Assembly (NCBI GenBank): GCA_049598495.1
Contig: JBMYNR010000001.1
Coordinates: 64,001 to 128,000, forward strand
Reading direction: 5' to 3'
DNA length: 64,000 nt
Source of the DNA: Opitutales bacterium
GTDB taxonomy: Bacteria > Verrucomicrobiota > Verrucomicrobiia > Opitutales > Coraliomargaritaceae
Positions 19,378 to 29,732 of this stretch are shown piece after piece. The notes below the pieces were generated by a model. The model had not been told where the DNA came from and made no database searches. It worked only from the letters and a program-made list of their open reading frames with translations. Both the position numbers and the translations under genes were made by a program. Every line of letters begins with the position of its first letter. Position 1 is the first letter of the stretch.

Positions 19378-21497
19378 TACAGTCGGCGGTGGGCGCGGGG
19401 CTTGGTGGTTTCGCGTTCGGGTTTCTCTTCTTCGAATTTACTACCTTCCATGTAGATTCTTCCTGTAGTGCCTGTTCTTAAATACTCCAACACGGAAGTG
19501 CCCTGTTCGAGAGACTGGATTTTATCCTTGGCCATAATGTTGGCTTCTTCGGCAGTCTTTAAGACGGTAGGCCTTACAAAAATAATCAAATCGGTGCGCC
19601 TGTAGTCTTCGGTGTCACCGCCGAAGACTTTGTTTAAGATGGGGAGTCGTCCTAGGATCGGGAAATAAGCGTTGCTCTCACTTCGTCGGTTTTCCTGAAG
19701 GCCACCAAGAATTATAACCTCGCCCGAGTTGACGGTAATTGTAGAAGTAGCTTCACGACGACCGATGATCGGTTGTTGGTTTCCATCAATCTCAACTTCT
19801 CCTGCAACATTGTCTACTGTCTGTTCAATAGTCATTTGAACACTCTCATCTTTTCCTATAAGAGGTGTGACAGTGAGTTGGATGCCGATGTCTCTGAACT
19901 CGACAGAGCTTCTTGTATTATTGTTGCTGTCAAGCGAGCTAGTTGAAGAGGTGATTATGGGGCGTGATTCACTGACATTTACGACGCCCTCCTCGTTATG
20001 ACTAACGACGATTGTTGGCGTAGAAAGAACCTTAACGTCGCTGTCGGATTCCGCCGCCCTAAGAACTGCATTTACGAGTCCATCCACGTTACCGGTGAAA
20101 GCAAAGCCCGAGCCAAAAATGCCACCTACAGCTTGAGAAATATTGCCATCAGAGTCTTGGGCCAAGTCGCCACCAAACGAAAGGTCTCCGTCTTCGGTAA
20201 GAGTGAAACCAAAAGATGTAATGCCACTCGATTGGTTCTCTCTTAGTGAAACCTCCGTAATAATCGCCTCAATTCTTACCTGCGGTAGCGGGATATCGAT
20301 TTTCTCGATGAGTTCCCGGAGAGTCTTTAGGTCCTGCTGGGTCCCGTAGGCGACAATGGAATTGGTGCGCTCGTCTGCGGAGAGTCCAACGAAGTTGGAG
20401 AACTGAAGGGAACTGTTGGCCTCCACAGGGCTGCTGGAGACGGTATTATTTGTCGGCGGGGTTGGCGCGTTGTTATTATTGCTAGGTCGATTGTTCTGCT
20501 CGTTTTCTCGGGCGACTTGAGCGTCTTCCTCGCGACCCTCCTTCTGGCCGGAGATAATGTCTTCGATGATGGGCACAACCTCCTCTGCCTTCGCCTGCCT
20601 AAGTTGAAAGACCTCGCTGCTGGTAAGCGGGGCCGCGTCCACGTCGACACTGGCGATCACCTCCATGATGACATCAAGATTTCCTGGATGTGTGATCAGA
20701 ATGAGTTGATTGGTCCGTTCATCGGCTGTGACACTGGTATTGCCTTCGAGGTAGCTTTTAAGGGGGCCGTCAATGAGGTTCTCAATACGTTCCTGCATCT
20801 CTGAGGCTTGGACAAAGTCCAGCTTGATGAACTGAATGGACTCACGAATATCCTGTGCGGTGTCAGCTTCACCGAGGATGGTTTCAATCCGCTGGAGATT
20901 AATTAGTGCGTCCGTAATGAGCAAGGCGTTGGACTTGGGGAATGGGATGACACTCGAATTTTGAGAAAGCATGGGCTGAACCAAGGGGGCAGCTGCTTGT
21001 TCCGCGTTGAGATAATCGAGTTTGAAGAGCTTTGCATAAATCTGCTGGCTGGGGTCGAGGTTGAGCGTGCTTCCGCCAAGCATTTGCGGCACATGAGTGT
21101 TCACATTCGTTGCCGGCACGGCCTTCATGAAGCGCCCACCCATATCGGTGAGCATCACTCCGTTGAGAGTGAGCAAGCTCTCGAGTGCAAGAACTGCCTC
21201 GCGCTTGGTCAGGGCGCCGCGTGAATCGAAGGAGATCTTGGTCACCGGGAGATCCTGCCGGCGCAGGATGATTTTTTCCGTCATCTGCTCAAGTAGCTTG
21301 AGCACTTGATCTGCGGAATCCTCTACGAGAACCAGGGTGCCAATCATTTCCTCGGGCTTCTTGAGTTCTGGTTCGACCGGCGAGGCGACTGAGCTTTCCG
21401 AGACGGGTCGTTCAAGACTGCGGCCCTCTTGTGCATGGCCGATTGTGTATGCCGCAGTTAGGAGGCTGACTAAAAATATGTAATGGGAGCGATTCAT
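19377..21497 (-). CDS. gspD: Type II secretion secretin
   Basis: N-domain repeats (ADERTNQLI, ADERTNSIV), QVRIEAIITEV, VLSTPTI, FRDIGIQLTVTP, IILGGL, PILGRLPIL. Confidence 0.93.
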   Translation of the reverse strand: MNRSHYIFLVSLLTAAYTIGHAQEGRSLERPVSESSVASPVEPELKKPEEMIGTLVLVEDSADQVLKLLEQMTEKIILRRQDLPVTKISFDSRGALTKREAVLALESLLTLNGVMLTDMGGRFMKAVPATNVNTHVPQMLGGSTLNLDPSQQIYAKLFKLDYLNAEQAAAPLVQPMLSQNSSVIPFPKSNALLITDALINLQRIETILGEADTAQDIRESIQFIKLDFVQASEMQERIENLIDGPLKSYLEGNTSVTADERTNQLILITHPGNLDVIMEVIASVDVDAAPLTSSEVFQLRQAKAEEVVPIIEDIISGQKEGREEDAQVARENEQNNRPSNNNNAPTPPTNNTVSSSPVEANSSLQFSNFVGLSADERTNSIVAYGTQQDLKTLRELIEKIDIPLPQVRIEAIITEVSLRENQSSGITSFGFTLTEDGDLSFGGDLAQDSDGNISQAVGGIFGSGFAFTGNVDGLVNAVLRAAESDSDVKVLSTPTIVVSHNEEGVVNVSESRPIITSSTSSLDSNNNTRSSVEFRDIGIQLTVTPLIGKDESVQMTIEQTVDNVAGEVEIDGNQQPIIGRREATSTITVNSGEVIILGGLQENRRSESNAYFPILGRLPILNKVFGGDTEDYRRTDLIIFVRPTVLKTAEEANIMAKDKIQSLEQGTSVLEYLRTGTTGRIYMEGSKFEEEKPERETTKPRAHRRL

Positions 21498-21620
21498 TTG
21501 AAAATGTAGCTAGGGCACGCGGTTGCCGTGCAGAGGATATTATTTGAGAACCTTGCGGTGGCTGAGGTGCCCCTACAGAGTCGGGCGGCTATCTGGTTAG
21601 ACGTTCTTTTGCGAAAAGAT

Positions 21621-22178
21621 TCATAAATTTTGATCCTTAAGATCGAAGGAGTTGATTTCATAGCGCACGTCGAGCTGCTCCGGGTTGCGTCGGTTTTTCT
21701 GTATTCGGACGTTTTGTAGGTTGATGTAGGGTGTCTCAGTTTTGAGTAGGATATTGAGCTTTATGAGTTGAGCAATTGAAATTTGGCTCAGGCGGACTCG
21801 CAGATTATGGTCGTTAAAAATCTCCCCTTCACGAGTGCGAACCGGGTCGATATCGGCTTGGCCTGATAGCTTGGCTTGGCGGATGAGTCCATCTACCCGC
21901 CCTGAAAGTTGTGCGGCGGCATAGGTTTTTGAGGGATCGACTCGTTCTAGAGCCGTGGCAAGGCCCTCCGAGTAGAACTCACTACGGTCAAGCCATTGTT
22001 GCTGGGTGCTTAGCTCGATAGTGGTTTGTTGCTTATTCGTATGCCACTGCCACAAGCGCCCCATCCAGCTGTTTCCCCAGAGCAAGAGAATGACTAGAAT
22101 GAATAAGAGGGAGAGGAGCTTTTCCCGAAGGCTCATCTGCCGGTAGTAGGTGTTTACTTTGTCTTTCAGGGTGTTCAT
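21621..22178 (-). CDS. gspM: T2SS GspM-like protein
   Basis: SLREKLL followed by one TM helix; position after gspL. Confidence 0.7.
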   Translation of the reverse strand: MNTLKDKVNTYYRQMSLREKLLSLLFILVILLLWGNSWMGRLWQWHTNKQQTTIELSTQQQWLDRSEFYSEGLATALERVDPSKTYAAAQLSGRVDGLIRQAKLSGQADIDPVRTREGEIFNDHNLRVRLSQISIAQLIKLNILLKTETPYINLQNVRIQKNRRNPEQLDVRYEINSFDLKDQNL

Positions 22179-23341
22179 CCGTTGCTTTTGCTCTCTATTG
22201 CCAGATCACTCGGCGCTGGTTCGGGTGGGCTTGGATCCTGATGGGTGTAATCAAGGGTCACTGTGAAAGTGGTTTTCCCGGATCGTGTAATTGATTTTGG
22301 ATCCCCGATTAGCTGGAAAGCTCCGGATCGACTCAAGGAGTCCGTATAGGCATTGAGTTCATTGATCGTATTCGCTTTGCCCTCGATGGTGATACGGTTG
22401 ATACCCTCGATAACGACCTCGTCGTATTCGATACCCGTGTTGCCGAGTTGGATACGGATTTCGTTGGCCGCCTCGAGAATCCCGATTGGGCGCAGTTCAT
22501 TTTTCGCGACCTGATCGAGTTTATTCATGAGACTCTGCTTGTCCTCAATCCGTCGAACCTCTTCTGATTGTTCTTCGATGGTCGCTTGCCGAGAGCTTTG
22601 CCAAGATTGTCCGATAAGAAGAAGTCCTTCCAGAAGCACCAACAGAACCGCGAAGCGAGCCGCATATCCCAACAATTTGGTCACCCAAGTGGTGGTGCGG
22701 CGGACGTTGCGTTCGGCGATTTTGTAATCCTTCGGTCGGATGTCGGCACGCCAGAGGTTTTTTTCATCCGGTTTGAGTGGGGTCCAGTGACCCTTGTCCC
22801 TGGATCCAGCAATGGTTTTAAATTCGAAAGAGGTTTGGTCCGATTTCTCGATTTCGGGGGTGATGAGCTTCAGTCGCAGGGGAGCTTCTGCTGCGTCCTG
22901 TGATGTCTCTGAGACGCTTTGAATGATGCTGGGGAGGCCCTCGCCGGCAGGGCAGTCCAAATGGGTGATGCCATCTTCGCTTTCGAGAAATACCTTGGTT
23001 GGTTCCGTGAAACGAGCCCCTTGCAGTGTGGCGAAGTCGGGGAGGACCCAGATATATGCTTCCAGCTCTGTATAGCCTGCCCGATGGAGGCGATCCCGGA
23101 GAGCTGCGTAGATAAGGATATTTGTCTGCTCCGGGTCGACTAAATAGCCCCAGTAGAGTTGATCGAGGGGGAAGGGCGCGAGCCCCTCCATACTGAGCTC
23201 CGCGAAGTCATCGAGCTCGCCGGATTCGAGTGCGGTAGGTACCTCAACCAGCTCCGTGAAGAAGTAGTCGGCCGGAACGATGCGCACATCGGGGTTGGGC
23301 GAGTGCTTGTTATTGGGGTCTATGTTTTTTGGCGCGCTCAC
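22175..23341 (-). CDS. gspL: T2SS GspL/PilN-like protein
   Basis: Actin-like N-terminal part (LAPFPLDQLYW), one TM, PilN-like C-terminus (ITIEGKA); position in the cluster. Confidence 0.7.
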   Translation of the reverse strand: MSAPKNIDPNNKHSPNPDVRIVPADYFFTELVEVPTALESGELDDFAELSMEGLAPFPLDQLYWGYLVDPEQTNILIYAALRDRLHRAGYTELEAYIWVLPDFATLQGARFTEPTKVFLESEDGITHLDCPAGEGLPSIIQSVSETSQDAAEAPLRLKLITPEIEKSDQTSFEFKTIAGSRDKGHWTPLKPDEKNLWRADIRPKDYKIAERNVRRTTTWVTKLLGYAARFAVLLVLLEGLLLIGQSWQSSRQATIEEQSEEVRRIEDKQSLMNKLDQVAKNELRPIGILEAANEIRIQLGNTGIEYDEVVIEGINRITIEGKANTINELNAYTDSLSRSGAFQLIGDPKSITRSGKTTFTVTLDYTHQDPSPPEPAPSDLAIESKSNG

Positions 23342-23356
23342 GAAGGTAATACAGAT

Positions 23357-24454
23357 TTAGAATGAATCGCTTTCGTTTTCAATGTCTAGTGCGGAATAGC
23401 GGCCGGGGTTGTCGCTTAGATCGCCCTTTGTATACTCCGACAGATGTAAGATTTTAAACGGGTATTGAAGCGCATCCTGCTCGCTCACGGCACCTGTCTT
23501 GGGAGTATCCTCAGCGCTCCGACTGGGTGCGCCTCCATCGCTCGAGCCGTTGAAATTCGGCTCAACCAGGGCGCTCACCGAAAATGGCACGTTGCCCCGT
23601 CGCAGCGTCACGGTCACACGAAGCAGAGCAACCTCTACACTGCTGAGTTGGCCATTGGCGGTATCGGGTAGCTTGCGGAGATAAGGCACCTCGTCCAGGC
23701 CATCAAAGATAAAGTCCTCATCGTAGCCGTCTTCGAGTGCCAGAACTTCGAGCACGGATTGGGGGCTGTTGTTCAAGTTTACAGGGCCGGTATTCAATAC
23801 GCAGACCATGGCCTCGAGTTGCGCAAAGAGTGCATTCGGGTGACCTGCTTCGTCAAAGAATTCGTCTTCCCAGATCTCAATTAGGCGAAGCTCATCTAAG
23901 CTCTGGAGAGGGCCGTTTGCCGCACGGTAGGGTGGGTCCCGTTGGAGGTAATCGTCCGACTCAGCGCCGTTCAGTCGTCGATTATCATCTTCGTCAATCC
24001 AATCCAGTAGCATGCTACTCAGCTCGCGCGCTATGCCGAAGTCGAATTCGAAGCTCTCTTCCAGCATGCGGTTGAGCAAGTCCTCGCTCATCGTATTAAT
24101 CGGTAGTTTTCCACTCTCATCCTGCAGTGTGACACTCACTTCCCAGTCATTCGGTATTTTGATACCCGCATAGTTGAGCGGGTCGGACCAACCCTGCTCA
24201 GGTGCGTAGAGTTTGCCGTCGTCGATCAGTGCCACCTCGTGGACTGAGGCAAGGGCCACTTCGAGCATGCTGTAGGCAAATGTGCGGACATCGGTCGGTT
24301 CGTTGAAGATGGAGCGGTATTCGAGATCTTCAATGGCCTCATCGATGAAGCGGGTTACAATAAGCGAAAGTAGTAGAACGATGGCAAGCACCGCGACGAG
24401 CACACTGCCACGCTGGCGTCCGGAGCGATTCTGTTCTCTGCCAGATCTCATCAT
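23357..24454 (-). CDS. gspK: T2SS minor pseudopilin GspK
   Basis: RG-SVLVAVL leader, DESGKLPIN, LDWIDED, GAE, PYRAANGPL, ELRLI. Confidence 0.92.
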   Translation of the reverse strand: MMRSGREQNRSGRQRGSVLVAVLAIVLLLSLIVTRFIDEAIEDLEYRSIFNEPTDVRTFAYSMLEVALASVHEVALIDDGKLYAPEQGWSDPLNYAGIKIPNDWEVSVTLQDESGKLPINTMSEDLLNRMLEESFEFDFGIARELSSMLLDWIDEDDNRRLNGAESDDYLQRDPPYRAANGPLQSLDELRLIEIWEDEFFDEAGHPNALFAQLEAMVCVLNTGPVNLNNSPQSVLEVLALEDGYDEDFIFDGLDEVPYLRKLPDTANGQLSSVEVALLRVTVTLRRGNVPFSVSALVEPNFNGSSDGGAPSRSAEDTPKTGAVSEQDALQYPFKILHLSEYTKGDLSDNPGRYSALDIENESDSF

Positions 24455-25548
24455 TAGAAAAGCAAAGCGGATTGCGACGGCACGCGGATCGTCAGGGTGC
24501 GGGTTTTGGTCTCACCCTCGTATTCGAAAGTGAGCTTTAGAAATCGCGGAAGAACAAACGCTTCATCATCTTCGTTTTTCATGGGCTCATCTTTTTCCTC
24601 CCATTTTTCGAAGCGCTCGTCCCAGTAGATATATTTGATCGCCGTCACCAGATCGCTGATCGGCGTGCGCCGCAGGCCCTCTTCCTCTTCGGATTCCTCC
24701 TGAAGCGGCGTATACCAGAGTAGCGAGAGTCCTTCGTCGCGTTCGAAGTAGAGAAATGTCTCGACCCCGATGACAGGTGCATTGTCCGTTTGGACGAATA
24801 GTGGCGGTGAGTTTCGGAGCCGGAAATGTAGCAGAGGATCCCTAAATCTGGCAAATCCAGGAGGCTTGGACCATTTTATGGGGTCTTCGGCCACGCTTAG
24901 CAGGCTGCTACCGCTGCTACCTGTGGAGGATGCGGAAGTATTCGAGGAGGTAGCACGGCTCCCCGTTTTGATTCCTACGCGGGGGGGGGCGTTGGGGGTA
25001 GCTTGCGACGGATTTGCTTCTACTTCAACTCGGTCGGGGCCTGTTCCTTCGTTAACGGACTCACCACGGTTTGTGCCCTGCGTTCCACGAAGTGCGATTT
25101 CTTGGCCGGCCGAACTAAGGCAGGCTTGGATAAATTCGGTAGCGCCATCGACATGATCCTCGAAAAAGTTGCGATCCTGGCGTTTAACCCAGGCGTCGGT
25201 GATTGAGACGAGTAGGGTGGCTGCACCGGCGAGGAGGGCGCCCGCGATGGTCACTGCGAGGATGACTTCCAGCAAAGTAAAACCGGTGGCAGCTGCGCTG
25301 CGGGTGGTTGGTTGAGTGGTTGAATGGGGAAGGTAGGGCTTGCTGTCCCCAGAACCAGGAGGGTATGTCACGAGCCGTTCGCTTTCGGGAGTATCGAACA
25401 AATCAATTTTCAATGAATTGTAGGGGTGCTGCTTGCGATACCCGCGAAGGTTTGAAACTCTCGGCACACATCGGGAAACTGGCAAGTCCGCGGGCTTCGC
25501 AAGCAAAGCCCCTACGACGGGTAGCTTAGTTTGTTTGTGTGCGTCCAT
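24454..25548 (-). CDS. gspJ: T2SS minor pseudopilin GspJ-like, with an 89-aa REP-containing leader
   Basis: G|FTLLEVILAV prepilin motif at residues 89-90, C-terminal LPRFLKLTF; TAATG-coupled to gspI. Confidence 0.8.
   Translation of the reverse strand: MDAHKQTKLPVVGALLAKPADLPVSRCVPRVSNLRGYRKQHPYNSLKIDLFDTPESERLVTYPPGSGDSKPYLPHSTTQPTTRSAAATGFTLLEVILAVTIAGALLAGAATLLVSITDAWVKRQDRNFFEDHVDGATEFIQACLSSAGQEIALRGTQGTNRGESVNEGTGPDRVEVEANPSQATPNAPPRVGIKTGSRATSSNTSASSTGSSGSSLLSVAEDPIKWSKPPGFARFRDPLLHFRLRNSPPLFVQTDNAPVIGVETFLYFERDEGLSLLWYTPLQEESEEEEGLRRTPISDLVTAIKYIYWDERFEKWEEKDEPMKNEDDEAFVLPRFLKLTFEYEGETKTRTLTIRVPSQSALLF
25420..25515. repeat. GTAG-type REP doublet inside the gspJ leader (96 bp)
   Basis: GTAGGGGTGCTGCTTGCGATACCCGCG ... 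CGCGGGCTTCGCAAGCAAAGCCCCTAC. Confidence 0.8.
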
Positions 25549-26024
25549 TAAAAGTTCCAGCCCCCTCGCATATCCTCAAGGGCATCGCGTTTCTCCTGTA
25601 AGAGGTCCGAGCGATCGTCACTCTCCGACCAGGTCGGGCGAAGTAGATAGAGTATTTCAGTGTGTTCCCCTGGGAGGTCTTCTGGGGGGTTGCTGAAATC
25701 GATTCGAAGTTCCACTTTGAAAAGGTCGACGATGTTGGTCGGTTCTATAGTTGCTTCCCAGGATGCCTCTTCAAAGTGCAGTGTTTTAAATCGACCACCG
25801 TCCTCGGCATCTTCGAGCTTCGGTTCCAGTAGAAGTTGCATGCGGACGGCGCGGACGTCGGCTTCGAGGAGATCATGGCGAATGCTCCGTTCCCGTGCGA
25901 GGAGGGCATTCGTGAAGGAAAGAGTCAGCACCGTTGCTGCCGCTCCGAATATAGCCACGGCGATGACCACTTCGATCAGCGAAAATCCGACCTTGGCTCT
26001 CAGGCTATTGGAGGACTTTCTCAA
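25548..26024 (-). CDS. gspI: T2SS minor pseudopilin GspI-like
   Basis: G|FSLIEVVIAVAI motif; TTG start overlapping the gspH stop. Confidence 0.82.
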   Translation of the reverse strand: MRKSSNSLRAKVGFSLIEVVIAVAIFGAAATVLTLSFTNALLARERSIRHDLLEADVRAVRMQLLLEPKLEDAEDGGRFKTLHFEEASWEATIEPTNIVDLFKVELRIDFSNPPEDLPGEHTEILYLLRPTWSESDDRSDLLQEKRDALEDMRGGWNF

Positions 26025-26539
26025 TTCGCCCCCCTGACTAAGCTGGAGAAGGGATCGAAGACGAGGCGCACGGCGTTCCCGGAGCCGGCATCAATTTCCG
26101 CGACAAAGGGACTTGAACTCATATCGGGCGCGAAGGCAATCTCAGCGGTTTCCAACTGTGTGCGGTCCGGCTGAGGAAAGGGCTTAAGCCCCTGTGCTGA
26201 GGGGACGAGGTAGAACCGAATCTCGCCGCGACCCTCGTTCCCAAAGTCGTCATCGAGTGAGAAGCTTTCGCCTGAGCTGAGAGCGAGTGCCCCAGTTTCC
26301 TTATTGAAACGGATCGTCGTGACCCGACGTTCGCTGGCGGCGTGATACCTGGCCGAGCGAATTGCGGAGCGGAGCGTGTCTTCAGGTGAAACTACTTCAC
26401 CTCGATCTGCGAAGGCCAGAAAGTTCGTAACGACAACGCTGGCGGCGACCGCGATTAGGGCGATCACCAGAACGATTTCAATCAGGGTAAACGCCGCACG
26501 CGATGCCCCTGCCTCAGTTTTTCCAATTGCCAATGTCAT
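26021..26539 (-). CDS. gspH: T2SS minor pseudopilin GspH-like
   Basis: MTLAIGK...[10 protein letters not shown]; start overlaps the DIGNW end of gspG by 26 nt, as often seen at gspG/H junctions. Confidence 0.82.
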   Translation of the reverse strand: MTLAIGKTEAGASRAAFTLIEIVLVIALIAVAASVVVTNFLAFADRGEVVSPEDTLRSAIRSARYHAASERRVTTIRFNKETGALALSSGESFSLDDDFGNEGRGEIRFYLVPSAQGLKPFPQPDRTQLETAEIAFAPDMSSSPFVAEIDAGSGNAVRLVFDPFSSLVRGAN

Positions 26540-26957
26540 CGGCGCTTTCGGTGCCGTCTGGCCCGAGCGACCAGACGTCATAACCGCGCGCGCCATTGAT
26601 ATTCTTCGAACCGGGGTAGCGATACCGGTAGGCTTGTTTCCACGGGTCGAGTGGGACTTCTTCGAGATAAGGGCCTCTCCAGCGCGATTCCTTACCGGCG
26701 GGTGCACGCACAAGTGCTTCGAGGCCTTCCTCTGTCGTGGGGTAGTTGCCAACATCAAGCTTGTAGGGGGTCAGTCCAATTTTTGCCGTCTGGTTCACGA
26801 AAATATCAGCAACTTTCGTCTGCTGTCCACCAAACACGTTGTCGAGATTTCCAATGGTCACGGTGACCAGAATGGCGATCAAGGCGATCACGATTAGAAT
26901 TTCGATGAGGCTGAAGCCTCCGCTTCGATTAAATTTATTATGAGAGATCGTGGTCAT
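26514..26957 (-). CDS. gspG: T2SS major pseudopilin
   Basis: [47 protein letters not shown]. Confidence 0.96.
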   Translation of the reverse strand: MTTISHNKFNRSGGFSLIEILIVIALIAILVTVTIGNLDNVFGGQQTKVADIFVNQTAKIGLTPYKLDVGNYPTTEEGLEALVRAPAGKESRWRGPYLEEVPLDPWKQAYRYRYPGSKNINGARGYDVWSLGPDGTESADDIGNWKN

Positions 26958-27031
26958 CTTGAATGGGTATTGGTTTGGTTAGTCATCGATTGTTCGTTTT
27001 TGTTTCCAAATAAAGGTGGCCTGTCGAGGGC

Positions 27032-27478
27032 CTATTTTAAAGCTTCCAGTCGAATATGGTGACTCTGATCGTCAAGAATGGTTAGAAAGAGGTGCCATGC
27101 ATCCTCAGGTAAAGCGTCTGGGATGCGCTCCGGCCATTCGACTACGAAGCACCAGGGGGATTGTAGAAAGTCTTCTATCATGAGGGCATCGAGGTCCGCG
27201 CCCGATTCGAGGCGATAGGCATCGAGATGGATCAGTTGTCGCTCTTCGCCTCGGTAGATCGTATAGAGATTGAAGGTGGGACTGGTGACCGCCTCATCGA
27301 TGCCCCAGGCACGCGCGAGACCGCGGACAAAGGTCGTTTTGCCCGCGCCCAAATCTCCGTGGAGTGCCAAAACTGAATCCGGTGGCAGTTTTGTCGCGAG
27401 TTTAGCGGCCCAGGTTTCGGTCTCTGATGCGCTGTGCGAGCAGATACCGTGCTGCAATTCTGTAAGGAAATCACTCAT
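27032..27478 (-). CDS. tsaE: tRNA threonylcarbamoyladenosine biosynthesis ATPase
   Basis: [32 protein letters not shown] overlap with thiL. Confidence 0.96.
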   Translation of the reverse strand: MSDFLTELQHGICSHSASETETWAAKLATKLPPDSVLALHGDLGAGKTTFVRGLARAWGIDEAVTSPTFNLYTIYRGEERQLIHLDAYRLESGADLDALMIEDFLQSPWCFVVEWPERIPDALPEDAWHLFLTILDDQSHHIRLEALK

Positions 27479-28449
27479 TCGCTGCAAAGGTGCTCGAAGC
27501 CTTCATTCCAGGGGAGCGGTTCTTTTGAATTCTTATCGAGATAGTGACCGCCCGATTTCGATTTTGTGAGCTGTCCGATATGGTTTAGGGCGGTTTGCGG
27601 AAAGGCTTTTTTCCAGGCGGTCGTAAATCGAACCGGGTCCACGGAAGGCTTCAGTGTAAATAACAGTTCGTAGTCTTCTCCGTCACAGAATGCATGTTCC
27701 ATCGCACGACGCCCGCTTCGGTTTGCAGTTTTGATTGCGTCTTCTGAGACAGGAATAGCTGCCCTATCCAGTAGGGCGGCGCAACCTTCGGGAATGAGCG
27801 CCTTCAAGTCTTTGGCTAGGCCGTCGGTCAAATCCATCATACTCGCACAGGCACCAGACTGAAGTAGCCATTGACCCTCAGCTAGGCGTGGTTCGAAAGC
27901 GTAGTGTTTTGATATCAAGCTACCACCCAGGCTGCCCGTTACATATATTGGGCAATCTTCAGTTGCTCCAGTTCGTAGAATTGGATCTTTGTCGACATGG
28001 CCAGTCTGCGTTAGGACAGCCGTGAAATTTCCTTTGTCCAGGGCACTGATGTCACCGCCAACTATCTGGACCTTGTAAGTCAGGCAGGATTCCCTGATGC
28101 CTTCGATGAAAGCTTGCAACCAGTCGATTCGTATATCCGGTCCGCAGAGCAAGTTGAGCAGTGCTGCGCCCGGCGTGCCTCCCATGGCGGCGATATCGCT
28201 TAGATTGCGTTTTATCAGTTTGGCGCCCGCTTGATCCGGGCGGATAGAGTCGTCGAAGTGTTGCCCGTAACTGAGGCTGTCGGTCGTTAATATTTGGCGG
28301 GTTTTATTGTCCAAAGATAACACCGCGCAGTCATCTCCCATGCCTCTAGGTGGGGGAGGGGATGCTGGGCCGAGCCATTTGCCGATTTCTTTAATGAGGC
28401 GGGCTTCTCCAAGTGCGGAGATACGTTCGCTTTGCCTTGTTGTGAACAT
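27475..28449 (-). CDS. thiL: Thiamine-monophosphate kinase
   Basis: [37 protein letters not shown]. Confidence 0.95.
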   Translation of the reverse strand: MFTTRQSERISALGEARLIKEIGKWLGPASPPPPRGMGDDCAVLSLDNKTRQILTTDSLSYGQHFDDSIRPDQAGAKLIKRNLSDIAAMGGTPGAALLNLLCGPDIRIDWLQAFIEGIRESCLTYKVQIVGGDISALDKGNFTAVLTQTGHVDKDPILRTGATEDCPIYVTGSLGGSLISKHYAFEPRLAEGQWLLQSGACASMMDLTDGLAKDLKALIPEGCAALLDRAAIPVSEDAIKTANRSGRRAMEHAFCDGEDYELLFTLKPSVDPVRFTTAWKKAFPQTALNHIGQLTKSKSGGHYLDKNSKEPLPWNEGFEHLCSE

Positions 28450-28460
28450 GCATTAAAAGC

Positions 28461-29246
28461 TTATAACTCCAGTAAGACGGGGCAGTGGTCAGAGCCTTCT
28501 ACTTCGTCTAGGATATTTGCATTGGCGACACGATCTTTCAAGGCCGATGAGATGCAAAAGTAGTCAATGCGCCAGCCGATGTTGCGCTTGCGTGCCCCTG
28601 CACGGTAGGACCACCAACTGTAGCGTCCGCTTACATCTTGGTGCAGTAGGCGGAAAGTATCGATGAAGCCGGCCTCTAGGATGGCGTCGAAACGGGCGCG
28701 TTCCTCGTCTGTGAATCCCGCGTTCTTTCTATTTGTCTTTGGGTTGGCGAGGTCGATCTCGGTATGAGCCACATTGAGATCCCCGCAAAATACGACCGGT
28801 TTTTTAATCTCCAGTTCTCTTACAAATGCGAGAAAATCAAGATCCCACTCCTGGGTGCGGTAGTCGAGGCGTCGGGGGCGTTTGTTCTCGTCGTGATTTT
28901 GTGAGTTGGGTGTATAAACCGTTACTAGGAAGTAGTCCTCAAATTCTGCCGTAATGACGCGCCCCTCCCGGTCATGCTTATCAATCCCTAAGCCATAGCG
29001 AACAGAAAGCGGTTCCGTTTTCGATAGAATCGCAGTGCCCGAGTAGCCCTTTTTTTCCGCGCAATTCCAGTAAACATAAGGATAGCCTTCAAATTCGAAT
29101 TGCTCGACTAGATCGTTCGATATTTTGGTCTCTTGTAAGCATACAACATCGGCATTTTCAGCGGCAATAAATCCGTGAAAACCCTTTTTGATCGCGGCAC
29201 GCAGGCCATTGACGTTCCAAGAGATTAATTTGCGGGATGATGTCAT
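28461..29246 (-). CDS. xth: Exodeoxyribonuclease III
   Basis: [39 protein letters not shown]. Confidence 0.96.
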   Translation of the reverse strand: MTSSRKLISWNVNGLRAAIKKGFHGFIAAENADVVCLQETKISNDLVEQFEFEGYPYVYWNCAEKKGYSGTAILSKTEPLSVRYGLGIDKHDREGRVITAEFEDYFLVTVYTPNSQNHDENKRPRRLDYRTQEWDLDFLAFVRELEIKKPVVFCGDLNVAHTEIDLANPKTNRKNAGFTDEERARFDAILEAGFIDTFRLLHQDVSGRYSWWSYRAGARKRNIGWRIDYFCISSALKDRVANANILDEVEGSDHCPVLLEL

Positions 29247-29732
29247 ATCTATGCGGATGATCGAAGCGACGAAATCTGTTCCATTCGAAACTGAGCTCGA
29301 ATACATAGAAAGGCTGCGCTCAATGAAAAGCAAGCGATACACAATCGGAAAGGATGCTTCGTGTCTGTGGGGTTCGAACTCTTGCCTCGGCGTAGCTCAA
29401 CGAGCGTAGACGGTTGGTCAATGCCGAGTCGTATCGGACGATTTTTTGTTAACCGCTAAAACACGCTAAGGGAACGCTAAAACCTTGGTTCCGAGTCTTG
29501 CTCCTTCAGTTTTAGCGAAAATGGAGCGTCATTAAGCGGTTTAAACAAAGAAGCAATGCCCTCAGTCCTTCATCGGGTGGGTTTGTGCTCCGTCGACCTT
29601 CCTATTTTCTTGGGAGTTCGTCCTGGTGATGCGATGGTATGTTGATCGTATTGTCAGCCTGTCATCAATGGCTGTGCTCTTTGTGCACAAAGACATTGTC
29701 TTTTATGAAGAAGGTTCTCTTCCTCCTACGGC

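Noticed and set aside
26540..26758. N-terminal extension of the gspH ORF deep inside gspG
   Set aside because: ATG 26539 gives a normal short leader; the extension is an alternate frame of gspG
29368..29382. GGGGTTCGAACTC resembling a tRNA T-arm
   Set aside because: No cloverleaf; it aligns with the GGGCTCGACC segment of the dispersed repeat
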